A stretch of DNA of 64,000 bases from an uncultured Gammaproteobacteria bacterium. GTDB lineage: Bacteria > Patescibacteriota > Microgenomatia > Woykebacterales > RBG-16-39-9b. Below the pieces are notes generated by a model. The model did no database searches and was not told the origin of the DNA. It saw nothing but the letters and a program-made list of their open reading frames with translations. Positions 1 through 9,478 of the stretch are shown here, piece after piece; positions within the stretch are counted from its first letter, which is position 1, and the number at the start of each line of letters is the position of its first letter. Both the position numbers and the translations under genes were made by a program. The stretch spans positions 15,172-79,171 of the forward strand of contig CAYIWY010000008.1 of assembly GCA_964367355.1 (NCBI GenBank), read 5' to 3'.

Positions 1-309
1 ATGAATGAAGTTTTCTATGAAATAGATGGGATAAGTTCGCGGCCGATGTTTGGGGGTTTTGGAATCTATAAAGACTCTCTTTTCTTTGCCTTGATTTCAG
101 ATGACGCTCTTTATTTCAAAGTCGATGGTAGTAACAAAAAGGATTTTGAAAAATTTGGAAGCAAGCAGTTTACGTACACAACGCTAAACGGAAAAGTTAC
201 GAGGATGAATTATTGGGAACTTCCGGAAAAAATAATTGACAATCGTGAGAAACTTGCCAAATGGATCGAAAAGTCAGTTGAGGTTGCCCAGAAGGCGAAA
301 AAGAAATAA
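1..309 (+). CDS. TfoX/Sxy N-terminal-domain protein (start may lie upstream of the window)
   Basis: MFGGFGIY..FFALI.DD.LYFKVD..MNYW pattern typical of TfoX_N. Confidence 0.8.
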   Translation: MNEVFYEIDGISSRPMFGGFGIYKDSLFFALISDDALYFKVDGSNKKDFEKFGSKQFTYTTLNGKVTRMNYWELPEKIIDNREKLAKWIEKSVEVAQKAKKK

Positions 310-314
310 GTTGC

Positions 315-387
315 TTGCTTCTTTGAGGCTAATTTGTTATATTAAACAAGTTCTTATAAAAGACAACCCTTCGGGGCTGTTTTTTTG
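315..387 (+). promoter_or_regulatory. sigma70-like promoter followed by a promoter-proximal UUCG hairpin and U-tract
   Basis: TTGCTT(315)-17-TATATT(338) with TG extension; ACAACCC-TTCG-GGGCTGT then T-run. Confidence 0.5.
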
Positions 388-413
388 TTTCTCAAAGTCA
401 GTTAGTTTAGTGA

Positions 414-686
414 ATGGAGTCAGGTGTAGTGGTTAGTGAAATATTAAAGATCAGTGCTACTCTTCGCGGAAAGCGACGGCTTGAAGCAAAGATGAGGGCA
501 ATACAAGCACAAAACCAGCGGATATTCCGAAGCAGTCAGAAAACACGGTTTCTGGAAAACAAACTTCCCAAGGGAAATTTCTACTGTCAAGGTTGTCGTC
601 GTACGGAATTCATTATTCCCGGAACTGAAATAGAACGGGCAAAACGCAAACGCTGTGTTCCCTGTGTGGAATTGCTTTCGATGTAG
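414..686 (+). CDS. small basic protein with a C4 zinc-finger-like motif
   Basis: CQGC...CVPC; start uncertain. Confidence 0.5.
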   Translation: MESGVVVSEILKISATLRGKRRLEAKMRAIQAQNQRIFRSSQKTRFLENKLPKGNFYCQGCRRTEFIIPGTEIERAKRKRCVPCVELLSM

Positions 687-741
687 TCGAAAAAAGAGAG
701 TTAAGATCAAGGAGTTCATTATGAGCTGGACAATTCTGTCC

Positions 742-781
742 CGTACCGATGTTTAATTATCGGTACGCCTTTCCTTTTTTT
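742..781 (+). terminator. hairpin CGTACCGAT-N8-ATCGGTACG followed by a pyrimidine/T-run
   Basis: perfect 9-bp inverted repeat at 742-750 / 759-767. Confidence 0.55.
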
Positions 782-839
782 CAAAAAACTAAAATTTGTC
801 TTTAAGTAAAAAGCGAAAACGAACTAAACCAGAAAAAAT

Positions 840-903
840 TTGACACAACATTTCAAAGCTGTTATAATATTATTACTTAACCGCTAAAAAGAGCGGTTTT
901 TTT
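840..903 (+). promoter_or_regulatory. consensus sigma70 promoter immediately followed by an intrinsic terminator
   Basis: TTGACA(840)-17-TATAAT(863) with TG extension; AACCGCT-N6-AGCGGTT then T-run at 879-903. Confidence 0.6.
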
Positions 904-929
904 GTACCAATTTTACTCCTAAAATTTAT

Positions 930-2699
930 TTAGTAAATTTCGAATTTTTCGAGTAGTTTGCGGTTGCCTTCAATCTGATAATGAAGTAGCTCTGAATAAA
1001 TCCCTGGTTTTTTGGCCAGCTCTCCAGGGTTGCCACTTTCGACAATTTTTCCTTCATCTATTACTATAATCTTATCAACATTTTGAATCGTGCTAAAACG
1101 GTGGGCAATAATGATGACCATTCGATCTTTCATCAATATATTCAAGGCTTCGTGAACTTCTTTTTCACTTTTAGCGTCAAGTGAGCTTGTTGCCTCATCG
1201 AGAATTAAAATTGGTGAGTTCTTGAGAATTGCTCGGGCGATTTGGATCCGTTGTTTTTGTCCACCGGAAAGCTTGACTCCGCGCTCCCCGACTTCACTAT
1301 TAATTCCGTTTGGAAGTTTATCAACAAATTCGAAGGCATTGGCTTTTTTCAAAGCCTCGATGATTTCTTCGTCATTTGCTTGAAGGTTGCCGTAGGCGAC
1401 ATTTTCACGGATACTGGTTGAGAACAATTCGTTTTCCTGAAAAACCAAAGCAATATTTTGTCTTATCGATTTGTGGGTCAGGATTGAATATTTTTTACTG
1501 TTAAGTAAAACCTCACCACTATTTGGTTCGTAAAATTTCAGTATCAAGTTGATAATCGTCGATTTCCCGGCACCAGAATGTCCAACTAAAGCCACACTTT
1601 CTTTTTTATTTAATTTAAAACTAATATCGTCCAAGACTGATTCGGATTTTTCATAACTAAAGGAAACTTTTTTAAACTCTATTGTTGGTTCCTTGATAAT
1701 TTCAGTTTTTTCTTCTTTCGAGTAATCTTCTTTTGAAGGCAGTTCCAATATTTCAAAATATTCCTTACTACCAGCTTCAGCGTTCTGGATATTGGTCAAA
1801 ATAAAGCTCATTGCAAACAGTGGCCGACGGGCTTGGTTCACGAGCTGTAAAATTAAAACCAAAGTACCAATTGAAAAGTTCCCCTGAAAAGTTTGATAAA
1901 AAGCGATAATATTGATCAACAATAAAATAATGATTAGGCTGAGGTTGCGGAAAAAATCAAAAATGTGAAAGGTGCGACTCTGGAGAGCATAAATCTCATT
2001 TGATTTGTCCAGGTTGGTTTGAATAAATTTAAATTCATTCAATTGGTTGTTAAAGCTTTTGACTAGTTTTATGTTACCAACGACCTCGTTGATTCTTCCG
2101 CGCGAAAGATCCTCAATCGCATTTTTCTTTACTTCTTCCCTGCCCCAACGTTTTGAGGAGTAATAGCTTAAACTTAAATAAATCGGAAAAAGGATAAAAG
2201 TGAAAAAGGCAATTGGTAAACTATAAAAAGCTAAAACTGCAATAGTTAAAATACTTTGTAAAAAGGTCGGAAGAATAAAATTGGTAGCGCTATTAATGAA
2301 ATTTTGGATGGAGCTGATGGCGCGATTAAGTTGGTTAATTATTTTTCCGGAAATCTCGCTATCAAAATAACTTTGTGGTAGTCTCAGAACCTTATCATAG
2401 AATTTTTCAGTTAAAAATTTGCGAAGTTTGCCAGCAAAATGATCCCCAAGCCGCTCACTTACTGTATCTCCAAGGGTTCCGATAAAATTAAGTGAAAAAC
2501 CAATCCCGATAAGAACAGCCAAGAAAGTTACACTACCACCTTGGTTGTTAAGTTTTTTGACGATTTCATCAACGATGAATTTAGATAGAATTGGCGGAAT
2601 TAGATCCAGTAGTGCTCCGGTTAAAATTAGTGAGCCAATTATCAAAACCAGCTTATGTAGGGGTTTGGAGATAGAAACTATCTTTAGTATATTTTTCAT
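930..2699 (-). CDS. ABC transporter, fused permease/ATPase (MsbA/Sav1866-like)
   Basis: N-terminal TM helices; GHSGAGKS, LSGGQKQR, ILILDEATS. Confidence 0.93.
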   Translation of the reverse strand: MKNILKIVSISKPLHKLVLIIGSLILTGALLDLIPPILSKFIVDEIVKKLNNQGGSVTFLAVLIGIGFSLNFIGTLGDTVSERLGDHFAGKLRKFLTEKFYDKVLRLPQSYFDSEISGKIINQLNRAISSIQNFINSATNFILPTFLQSILTIAVLAFYSLPIAFFTFILFPIYLSLSYYSSKRWGREEVKKNAIEDLSRGRINEVVGNIKLVKSFNNQLNEFKFIQTNLDKSNEIYALQSRTFHIFDFFRNLSLIIILLLINIIAFYQTFQGNFSIGTLVLILQLVNQARRPLFAMSFILTNIQNAEAGSKEYFEILELPSKEDYSKEEKTEIIKEPTIEFKKVSFSYEKSESVLDDISFKLNKKESVALVGHSGAGKSTIINLILKFYEPNSGEVLLNSKKYSILTHKSIRQNIALVFQENELFSTSIRENVAYGNLQANDEEIIEALKKANAFEFVDKLPNGINSEVGERGVKLSGGQKQRIQIARAILKNSPILILDEATSSLDAKSEKEVHEALNILMKDRMVIIIAHRFSTIQNVDKIIVIDEGKIVESGNPGELAKKPGIYSELLHYQIEGNRKLLEKFEIY

Positions 2700-2759
2700 G
2701 GTGGAGACCTTACAATTTAGAAATTGTGAGTTTCTTAACGATATAATAACAAAAGAAAT

Positions 2760-3062
2760 ATGAGTACAAAAGAAGCAGTTTTTCTAATGGTTAAAACTAT
2801 CCCTACGGGCAAAGTCGCAACTTACGGACAGATCGCCAGACTTGTCGATACTGGTCCAAGGGTTGTGGGTAAATATCTCCATCAAAATAAAGATCCAAAA
2901 ACTGTTCCCTGCCATCGAGTAGTCCATGCGGATGGTAGTTTAGCTCCAAGCTATGCCTTTGGTGGCAGTAATAAACAAATGCAGATATTAATAAAGGAAG
3001 GCGTTAATTTCAAGAATTACAAAGTTAACCTAAAATCCTCACTTTGGACCTCAATTACCTAG
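2760..3062 (+). CDS. O6-alkylguanine DNA alkyltransferase (MGMT/Ogt) family, C-terminal domain only
   Basis: IPTGKVATYGQIA, PRVVG, active-site PCHRVV. Confidence 0.88.
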   Translation: MSTKEAVFLMVKTIPTGKVATYGQIARLVDTGPRVVGKYLHQNKDPKTVPCHRVVHADGSLAPSYAFGGSNKQMQILIKEGVNFKNYKVNLKSSLWTSIT

Positions 3063-3108
3063 CGTTTTACTTGACAGAAAACCTACGAAATATCAGAATA
3101 AGCTCTCT

Positions 3109-3717
3109 ATGAAAAAGAATATAAAACCAATTGTCGATTTTTTGTTTGAAGTTGGGATTCTCGCTAAAACTCCCAGAAGCGGTTTTCATTTTCTGGGAAG
3201 CGGTGAACAATCGGTTTCCGAACACATTAATCGCGTGGTTTATGTTGGTTATGTTTTATCGATAATGGAAGGCAAGGTTGATACCGCCAAAATTCTCAAA
3301 ATGTGCCTTTTTCATGATCTCGCCGAAGCTCGAACCAGTGATCTAAATTATGTCCATCAAAAATATACTGAATCGGACGAGTACAAGGCGATTTCTGATT
3401 TAGCTAAAACTTTGGAATTTGGGGAGGATATTGTGGACACTCTAAAAGAGTTTTCCGAGAGAAAAACTAAAGAGTCGATTCTAGCAAAAGATGCAGACCA
3501 ACTAGAGTGGATTCTTTCACTTAAAGAAGAAACCGATACTGGCAATTCTCGAGCAGAAACTTGGATACCTTCAGCAGTAAAAAGATTGAAGACAAAATCA
3601 GCGCAAGAGCTAGCGAAAAAAATCATCGTGACCAATTCCGATGATTGGTGGTTTGCAGATAAGAAAGATTCTTGGTGGGTTACTCGTGATCAGGAAAAGA
3701 TGAAGAGAAGATTTTGA
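3109..3717 (+). CDS. HD-domain hydrolase (YfbR/HDDC2-like)
   Basis: SVSEH, LFHDLAEAR, DADQLE. Confidence 0.85.
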   Translation: MKKNIKPIVDFLFEVGILAKTPRSGFHFLGSGEQSVSEHINRVVYVGYVLSIMEGKVDTAKILKMCLFHDLAEARTSDLNYVHQKYTESDEYKAISDLAKTLEFGEDIVDTLKEFSERKTKESILAKDADQLEWILSLKEETDTGNSRAETWIPSAVKRLKTKSAQELAKKIIVTNSDDWWFADKKDSWWVTRDQEKMKRRF

Positions 3718-3718
3718 T

Positions 3719-5356
3719 ATGGAAAATAAACGTTGGGTAGTTTACCCTAAAGTGGAAGGAGACCTTAAAGAGCAGTTACTTTCAAACCGGAAGATCGATA
3801 CAAAGGTCGACCAAGAGAATTTTCTCCATTCTCATCTCACAAAGTTAATTTCAACTGAAAAATTGTTTCCCCAAATCACTAAAGTAACTAATCGAATAAA
3901 AAAAGCAATTTCGGAAAAGGAATTACTTTACATTTACGGCGACTATGATGTTGATGGAATTACCGCCAGCGCGATTTTGTGGGAAACATTAGACTTGCTC
4001 GGGGCAAAAGTTTTGCCATACATTCCTAGTCGTCATACAGAAGGCTATGGTTTAAATAACGAGGCATTGGAAAGTTTAGCTAAAGAAGGGGCCAAAGTTG
4101 TTATCAGTGTTGATTGTGGAATAACAGCCGTTGAACAGGCTAAATTTGCACTTAGTCTTGGTTTGGATTTGATAATTACTGATCATCACCAACCGCAAGA
4201 AATCCTTCCGAAAAGTTTTGCAACCTTGCACACAACAACTTTGTCTGGGGCAGGGGTTGCTTTTAAACTCGCAACAGCCTTGCTTGAGGAATTTGGTAAT
4301 GGCGAAGGCGAACAATTTTTCAAAAATCTTGAATTAGCTACCTTGGGAACAGTTGCCGATATGGTGCCTTTGATTGGCGAAAATCGGGTTATTGTTAAAA
4401 ATGGCTTATCAACCCTTGGAAATTCAAATAGGATTGGTTTAAAAGCACTTTACAACGAGGCTACAATTGGAAAGGATATTGGTACTTATGAGATTGGATT
4501 TATGATCTCCCCAAGACTAAACGCCATGGGGCGGATGGAAAGTGCCTATGATTCTTTGCGTCTTCTTTTGACGCGTGATGTCTCGCGTGCCGAAAAACTT
4601 GCACAAAAGCTTGGGCAAACAAACAAACTAAGGCAAGACTCCACCCAAGAAGCGTTAATACACGCGAAAAATGAGGTAGAAAAAAAATATCTAGGAGGAA
4701 AATTGTTTGTAATTTCGTCTGAAAAATACGAAGAAGGGGTAGTCGGACTTGTTGCTGGGAGAATTACTGAAAGTTATCACCGGCCAACTGCTGTCATTAG
4801 TGAAAACTCTGTAGTTAGCAAAGGTTCGGCTCGATCCATCTCTGGATTTAACATTACAAACGCAATTGGAAAAAGCTCACCATTACTTATTTCTCATGGC
4901 GGGCATCCCATGGCTGCTGGGTTTTCGATAAACAAGGAAAATATTTCTAAATTTCGCGCGGATCTGGTCAAAGTTGCTGAAGAAGAACTCACCGAAGAAA
5001 ATCTAACCCCGGAGATAAAAATCGACCTAGAAATAAGTTTTAATGAAATCAACGAGGATTTAAATGTATTACTTAAAGAATTTGAACCTTTTGGAATTGG
5101 CAACCCAGAACCAATTTTTTTAACAAAAAGTCTTGAAGTTATTGCAGTAAGGTTGGTTGGAAAAGAAAACAACCACCTAAAGCTGACTCTAAAAGATAAA
5201 GAAGGTGTAGTTTTGGAAGCAGTTGGTTTTAGCTTGGCTGAGAAAAAACCAAGCGAAGGTGATTTGGTCGATATTGTCTACAATATTCGCGAAAATTTCT
5301 GGAACAGCCGCAAAAGAATTGAAGGTAGAATAAAAGATTTAAAAAAGATGAGTTGA
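3719..5356 (+). CDS. recJ: ssDNA-specific exonuclease RecJ
   Basis: GDYDVDG, VDCG, TDHH, GGHPMAAG, EPFGIGNPEP. Confidence 0.96.
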   Translation: MENKRWVVYPKVEGDLKEQLLSNRKIDTKVDQENFLHSHLTKLISTEKLFPQITKVTNRIKKAISEKELLYIYGDYDVDGITASAILWETLDLLGAKVLPYIPSRHTEGYGLNNEALESLAKEGAKVVISVDCGITAVEQAKFALSLGLDLIITDHHQPQEILPKSFATLHTTTLSGAGVAFKLATALLEEFGNGEGEQFFKNLELATLGTVADMVPLIGENRVIVKNGLSTLGNSNRIGLKALYNEATIGKDIGTYEIGFMISPRLNAMGRMESAYDSLRLLLTRDVSRAEKLAQKLGQTNKLRQDSTQEALIHAKNEVEKKYLGGKLFVISSEKYEEGVVGLVAGRITESYHRPTAVISENSVVSKGSARSISGFNITNAIGKSSPLLISHGGHPMAAGFSINKENISKFRADLVKVAEEELTEENLTPEIKIDLEISFNEINEDLNVLLKEFEPFGIGNPEPIFLTKSLEVIAVRLVGKENNHLKLTLKDKEGVVLEAVGFSLAEKKPSEGDLVDIVYNIRENFWNSRKRIEGRIKDLKKMS

Positions 5357-5397
5357 ATCTGGACAAACTGATCACTTTAGAATAGAATGGTGGCTAA

Positions 5398-5433
5398 ATG
5401 AAACGAACTTATTTATTAAATACATATGAATAA
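5398..5433 (+). other. relic aspS-like start mini-ORF (MKRTYLLNTYE*) overlapping the aspS ATG
   Basis: resembles the typical AspRS N-terminus MKRTY and the gene's own KRIY; 8-nt overlap with ATG 5426. Confidence 0.5.
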
Positions 5434-6838
5434 ACAGAGAGCAAAGCGAATCTACATTACAGATTTATTAGAAAAATCCGGTTCTGAAGTCGAAATATTT
5501 GGTTGGGTAAATTCTCGCCGCGATCATGGAAAAATTATTTTTTTTGACCTTCGCGATTCTACTGGTTTGCTCCAAACTGTAATTACTCCAAAACAAGAAA
5601 AGGCTTATAAAATTGCTGAAGGTTTAACCAGTGAAGATTGTATCAAAATAAAAGGTGAACTAAAAAACCGACCTGAAGGTAATATAAACCCCGATCTTGC
5701 GACTGGGAAGTTAGAGCTAACCGCCACTGAAATTGAAATAATCGGAAAAGCGAAAGAATTACCTCTGCCAATTGATACCGATGGTCTAGAAATTGACGAA
5801 ACCGTCCGTTTGAAATATCGTTATATTGATTTGCGTAGAGAACGTTTGCAAAAAAATCTCAAAGTTCGCCATGAAGTAGTTACTCATATTAGAAATTTTC
5901 TTAATCAAGAAAAATTTATTGAAATCGAAACGCCTTACATGAGTAAAACGACTCCAGAGGGGGCTCGTGATTTCTTGGTACCTTCAAGGTTGCAAAAGGG
6001 TGAATTTTACGCTTTAACCCAATCCCCTCAGCAATACAAACAGCTTTTGATGTTAACCGGTATCGACCGTTATTATCAATTCCCGCGAGCTTTTCGAGAT
6101 GAGGATTTACGAGCTGATCGACAATTTGAACACACCCAACTAGATCTAGAAATGGCCTTTGTTGATCGGGAGGATATTTTGGGATTAATCGAGGAGTTAA
6201 TGATAAGTTTAGCCGAAAAACTTGGTAAGAAAATAACTACGAAACCTTTTCCACGCTACACTTTTGCAGAAGCGCTGAAAAAGTTTGGTGCTGATAAGTT
6301 TGACAATCGTAAGAATAAGGATGATAAAAATGAGTTGGCTTTTGCCTTCGTCATTGATTTTCCTTTATTTGAGTATAACGAAGAGGAAAAACGTTGGACT
6401 TTTTCTCATAACCCTTTCACTGCCCCGGATCCAGACGATATAGAAAACTTAAAGGTAGAAAAAGATATTGGCAAAATTGGGTCACTTCAATACGATCTAG
6501 TTTGCAATGGATTCGAACTTGCTTCAGGAAGTATCCGGATTCACGAACCAGAAATCCAAAAACAAGTATTCAAGATAATGGGTTACTCACAAAAACAGAT
6601 TGAAGATGATTTTGGACATATCCTGGAGGCCTACAGTTACGGTGCACCAGTTCACGGAGGAATTGCGGTTGGGTTAGATCGACTGGTTGCCGTAATTCAA
6701 GGCGAAAAATCGATTCGTGAAGTTATTGCTTTCCCAATAGCATCGTCTGGGCAAATAGCTGTTATGGACGCTCCAAGTGAGGTTTCTGAAAAAACTCTAA
6801 AAGAATTAGGTATCAAGCTAAATAAAGAAAAAGAGTAA
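5426..6838 (+). CDS. aspS: aspartate--tRNA ligase, short form lacking the GAD insertion, probably non-discriminating
   Basis: RRDHGK, RYIDLRR, TPEGARDF, QSPQQYKQLLM, FRDEDLRADRQ, GSIRIH, HGGIAVGLDRL. Confidence 0.95.
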   Translation: MNKQRAKRIYITDLLEKSGSEVEIFGWVNSRRDHGKIIFFDLRDSTGLLQTVITPKQEKAYKIAEGLTSEDCIKIKGELKNRPEGNINPDLATGKLELTATEIEIIGKAKELPLPIDTDGLEIDETVRLKYRYIDLRRERLQKNLKVRHEVVTHIRNFLNQEKFIEIETPYMSKTTPEGARDFLVPSRLQKGEFYALTQSPQQYKQLLMLTGIDRYYQFPRAFRDEDLRADRQFEHTQLDLEMAFVDREDILGLIEELMISLAEKLGKKITTKPFPRYTFAEALKKFGADKFDNRKNKDDKNELAFAFVIDFPLFEYNEEEKRWTFSHNPFTAPDPDDIENLKVEKDIGKIGSLQYDLVCNGFELASGSIRIHEPEIQKQVFKIMGYSQKQIEDDFGHILEAYSYGAPVHGGIAVGLDRLVAVIQGEKSIREVIAFPIASSGQIAVMDAPSEVSEKTLKELGIKLNKEKE

Positions 6839-6891
6839 TAGTATTATCAAGATAAATTTATTGAGCAAAAAAGTTAATCAATAAAGAAATT

Positions 6892-7956
6892 TTATTTGAT
6901 ATAGTCGTCAGTTACTGCTAAAATGTAAGCCTGGAAATCCTTCTTTTCCCCATTCACCAAACCTTCACCTTCAAAATTAAAGACTGGTTGCAGAAAGCGT
7001 ACTACGCTGGTTGCAGGATTGAAATAGCCTAAGGAGGTTTTGGTAATTGTAATATTTTCAAATTTTATCAACGGGTCTGCAACTAGAGCTTTACCGCGAC
7101 GGAGGTCATTGTAAGCTTGATCTGTTGTCTTAACCCCATAGGTGGCTATTTTGCTGAAATCTACATTCCAATAGGTGAAGTTTACTTCTAAAAGATTTAT
7201 TGGAGCAATTAGTAAATTGATTAAAGATAGTGAATGATTGGCTTCAAATACTGGATATTCTTTAGTTTTATAGCTGATATTGTCGCGGAATAATTCCACT
7301 CGGACGGCATTGGCTTCTGAATAACTACTGACTGGATTAACATCTTTCCCGACTATTTTAAAATAATTTACTCTTCCTGTTCCGGATTTTAGATCTGTTT
7401 TTAATGAAAGGAAGTTTCCGAGATACGATTTTGCTTTTGCGATCATTATTGAATCACTAGTTTTGAAAACTCCGTTTAAGCTCAAATTGTCAGTCGTCCA
7501 ATCATATGTGTAAGCAAAATTCTTTGTCACAATATTTACCTTCAGAGATTTGTTGGGTTGGCGTTTACTACCAAAACGCCACTCAAATTCTGAGAGTTTG
7601 GTTGGTTCTGAATCAAGACCACCGCCGGTAGCAATTTTTTTGCCTTCATCGAGGGATTTAAATTTTGATTCTGGCAAAGGGATAACAAATACTGGAAGGA
7701 TATTTGTTTCAGCAGGTAGCTTTCCTCCGGGTGTATCAAGTTCAAAAATAATATTTTTAGGATCAAAGTTGTAATCAAAAGGTTTGCTTATTTGGCCAAA
7801 GAGCGTGTTTGGGTCAGGAGATGGTGGTGGAAATACTAATTTCCAAACAAAAGATAGCAGTAACCATAAAATCCAAATCAAGGCTAATGCAGCTAGACCA
7901 ATTCCTAACCAAATAAGTGCTTTTTTAAATTTTTCTGCAGCAGTAGACAGACCCAT
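6892..7956 (-). CDS. hypothetical membrane-anchored extracytoplasmic protein
   Basis: 354-aa ORF with a single N-terminal TM helix. Confidence 0.7.
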   Translation of the reverse strand: MGLSTAAEKFKKALIWLGIGLAALALIWILWLLLSFVWKLVFPPPSPDPNTLFGQISKPFDYNFDPKNIIFELDTPGGKLPAETNILPVFVIPLPESKFKSLDEGKKIATGGGLDSEPTKLSEFEWRFGSKRQPNKSLKVNIVTKNFAYTYDWTTDNLSLNGVFKTSDSIMIAKAKSYLGNFLSLKTDLKSGTGRVNYFKIVGKDVNPVSSYSEANAVRVELFRDNISYKTKEYPVFEANHSLSLINLLIAPINLLEVNFTYWNVDFSKIATYGVKTTDQAYNDLRRGKALVADPLIKFENITITKTSLGYFNPATSVVRFLQPVFNFEGEGLVNGEKKDFQAYILAVTDDYIK

Positions 7957-8046
7957 TAGTTGTTAGTATAGCGTTGTTTTTAATACTTATTCAAGTTAGG
8001 CTATTATTAGTTAGGATATAATCAATTTATTAACAGGCAAAAATCA

Positions 8047-9453
8047 ATGAAAAAAGTCAGAACTAGGATTGCCCCATCTCCAACCGGCAGCCCCCATATA
8101 GGTACAGCCTATGCTGCTTTATTTAATTATTGCTTTGCAAAACAACAAAACGGTGATTTTATTTTGCGAATTGAGGACACAGACCGAACACGGTTTGTCG
8201 CTGGTTCAGAAAAGGAAATAATGGAGAGTTTGAAATGGTTGGGATTAAATCCTGATGAGAGTCCACAGACCGAGGGTAATTTTGGTCCCTATCGTCAATC
8301 TGAAAGATTAGAAATCTATCAAGAACACACAAAACAATTAATTGAAAGCAAAAAAGCCTATTATTGTAACTGTTCTTCAGAACGACTGGAAAAACTTCGA
8401 GAAGAGCAGCAGGCGCGAAAGGAGTTGCCTCGTTACGACCGAAAGTGTAGATTTGATCCGCCGGAAAATAAAGAAAATGCAGTTGTTCGACTAGCGGTTC
8501 CAGATGAGGGTGTTACCATAATTACTGATAAAGTCCGAGGAGACATAGAGTTTCAAAATCAGGGAATTGATGATCAAGTTTTGCTGAAATCAGACGGGTT
8601 CCCAACCTATCACCTAGCCAGTGTGGTTGATGACCATCTCATGGAAATTAGCCATGTAATTCGTGCTGAAGAATGGTTGTCCTCGACCCCAAAACACGTA
8701 CTGCTTTACAAAGCTTTTGGTTGGGAAGTACCTGAATTTGTTCATTTGGCACTGCTTCGCAATCCAGATCGGTCAAAAATTAGCAAGCGCAAAAACCCAG
8801 TTTCCCTAACCTTCTATCGAGAACAAGGTTATCTTCCGGAAGCTTTTGTTAACTTTTTGGGTTTGATGGGCTGGTCAATGCCTAACGACCAGGAAATATT
8901 TACTTTGCCGGAAATGATAAAAGAATTTAGTTTTGAAAGGTTGGATGTAGCTGGTCCTGTGTTTGATATTGAAAAGTTGCGTTGGCTTAATGGGGAATAT
9001 ATTCGAGCAACAGAAAATGAAAGCTTACTAATAAAACTCCAAGAATTTTCAAAATATTCTAAAGATCAAATCGAGAAAGTTTTACCTTTGGTGAAAGAAA
9101 GAATGAAGATCTTGACTGAGTTTGATCCTCTAGTTAATTTCTTTTTTGAGGAGATTACTATTCCGAAGAGTGAATTTTTGCCAAAAGGAAGAACAGAGGT
9201 TGAAATAAAGGAAATTCTTGAAAGAGTTTTTCAAGATTTAGCAAAAATTGATTGGAGCGAACAAGAAATCGAAAAGATGGTTACTTTAGTTCAAGAAAAA
9301 AGCGCTTATGGCCGGGGGGAACTTTTTATGCTTTTAAGAGTTGTCGTTACCGGTAGCAAAACTACCCCTCCTTTATTTATTACAATGGAAGCCTTGACCA
9401 AGGAAGTTACTCTCAAAAGACTTAAAGCAGCTTTTGATAAACTTTCCCACTAG
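8047..9453 (+). CDS. gltX: glutamate--tRNA ligase
   Basis: RIAPSPTG, HIG, LRIEDTD, PTYH, KISKR. Confidence 0.96.
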   Translation: MKKVRTRIAPSPTGSPHIGTAYAALFNYCFAKQQNGDFILRIEDTDRTRFVAGSEKEIMESLKWLGLNPDESPQTEGNFGPYRQSERLEIYQEHTKQLIESKKAYYCNCSSERLEKLREEQQARKELPRYDRKCRFDPPENKENAVVRLAVPDEGVTIITDKVRGDIEFQNQGIDDQVLLKSDGFPTYHLASVVDDHLMEISHVIRAEEWLSSTPKHVLLYKAFGWEVPEFVHLALLRNPDRSKISKRKNPVSLTFYREQGYLPEAFVNFLGLMGWSMPNDQEIFTLPEMIKEFSFERLDVAGPVFDIEKLRWLNGEYIRATENESLLIKLQEFSKYSKDQIEKVLPLVKERMKILTEFDPLVNFFFEEITIPKSEFLPKGRTEVEIKEILERVFQDLAKIDWSEQEIEKMVTLVQEKSAYGRGELFMLLRVVVTGSKTTPPLFITMEALTKEVTLKRLKAAFDKLSH

Positions 9454-9478
9454 GTCAATTTCTAGTACAATAGATTAA

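Noticed and set aside
5426-6838. Short AspRS (and class I LysRS at 53811) as novelties
   Set aside because: GAD-less AspRS and class I LysRS are known variants; they were used only as taxonomic hints.
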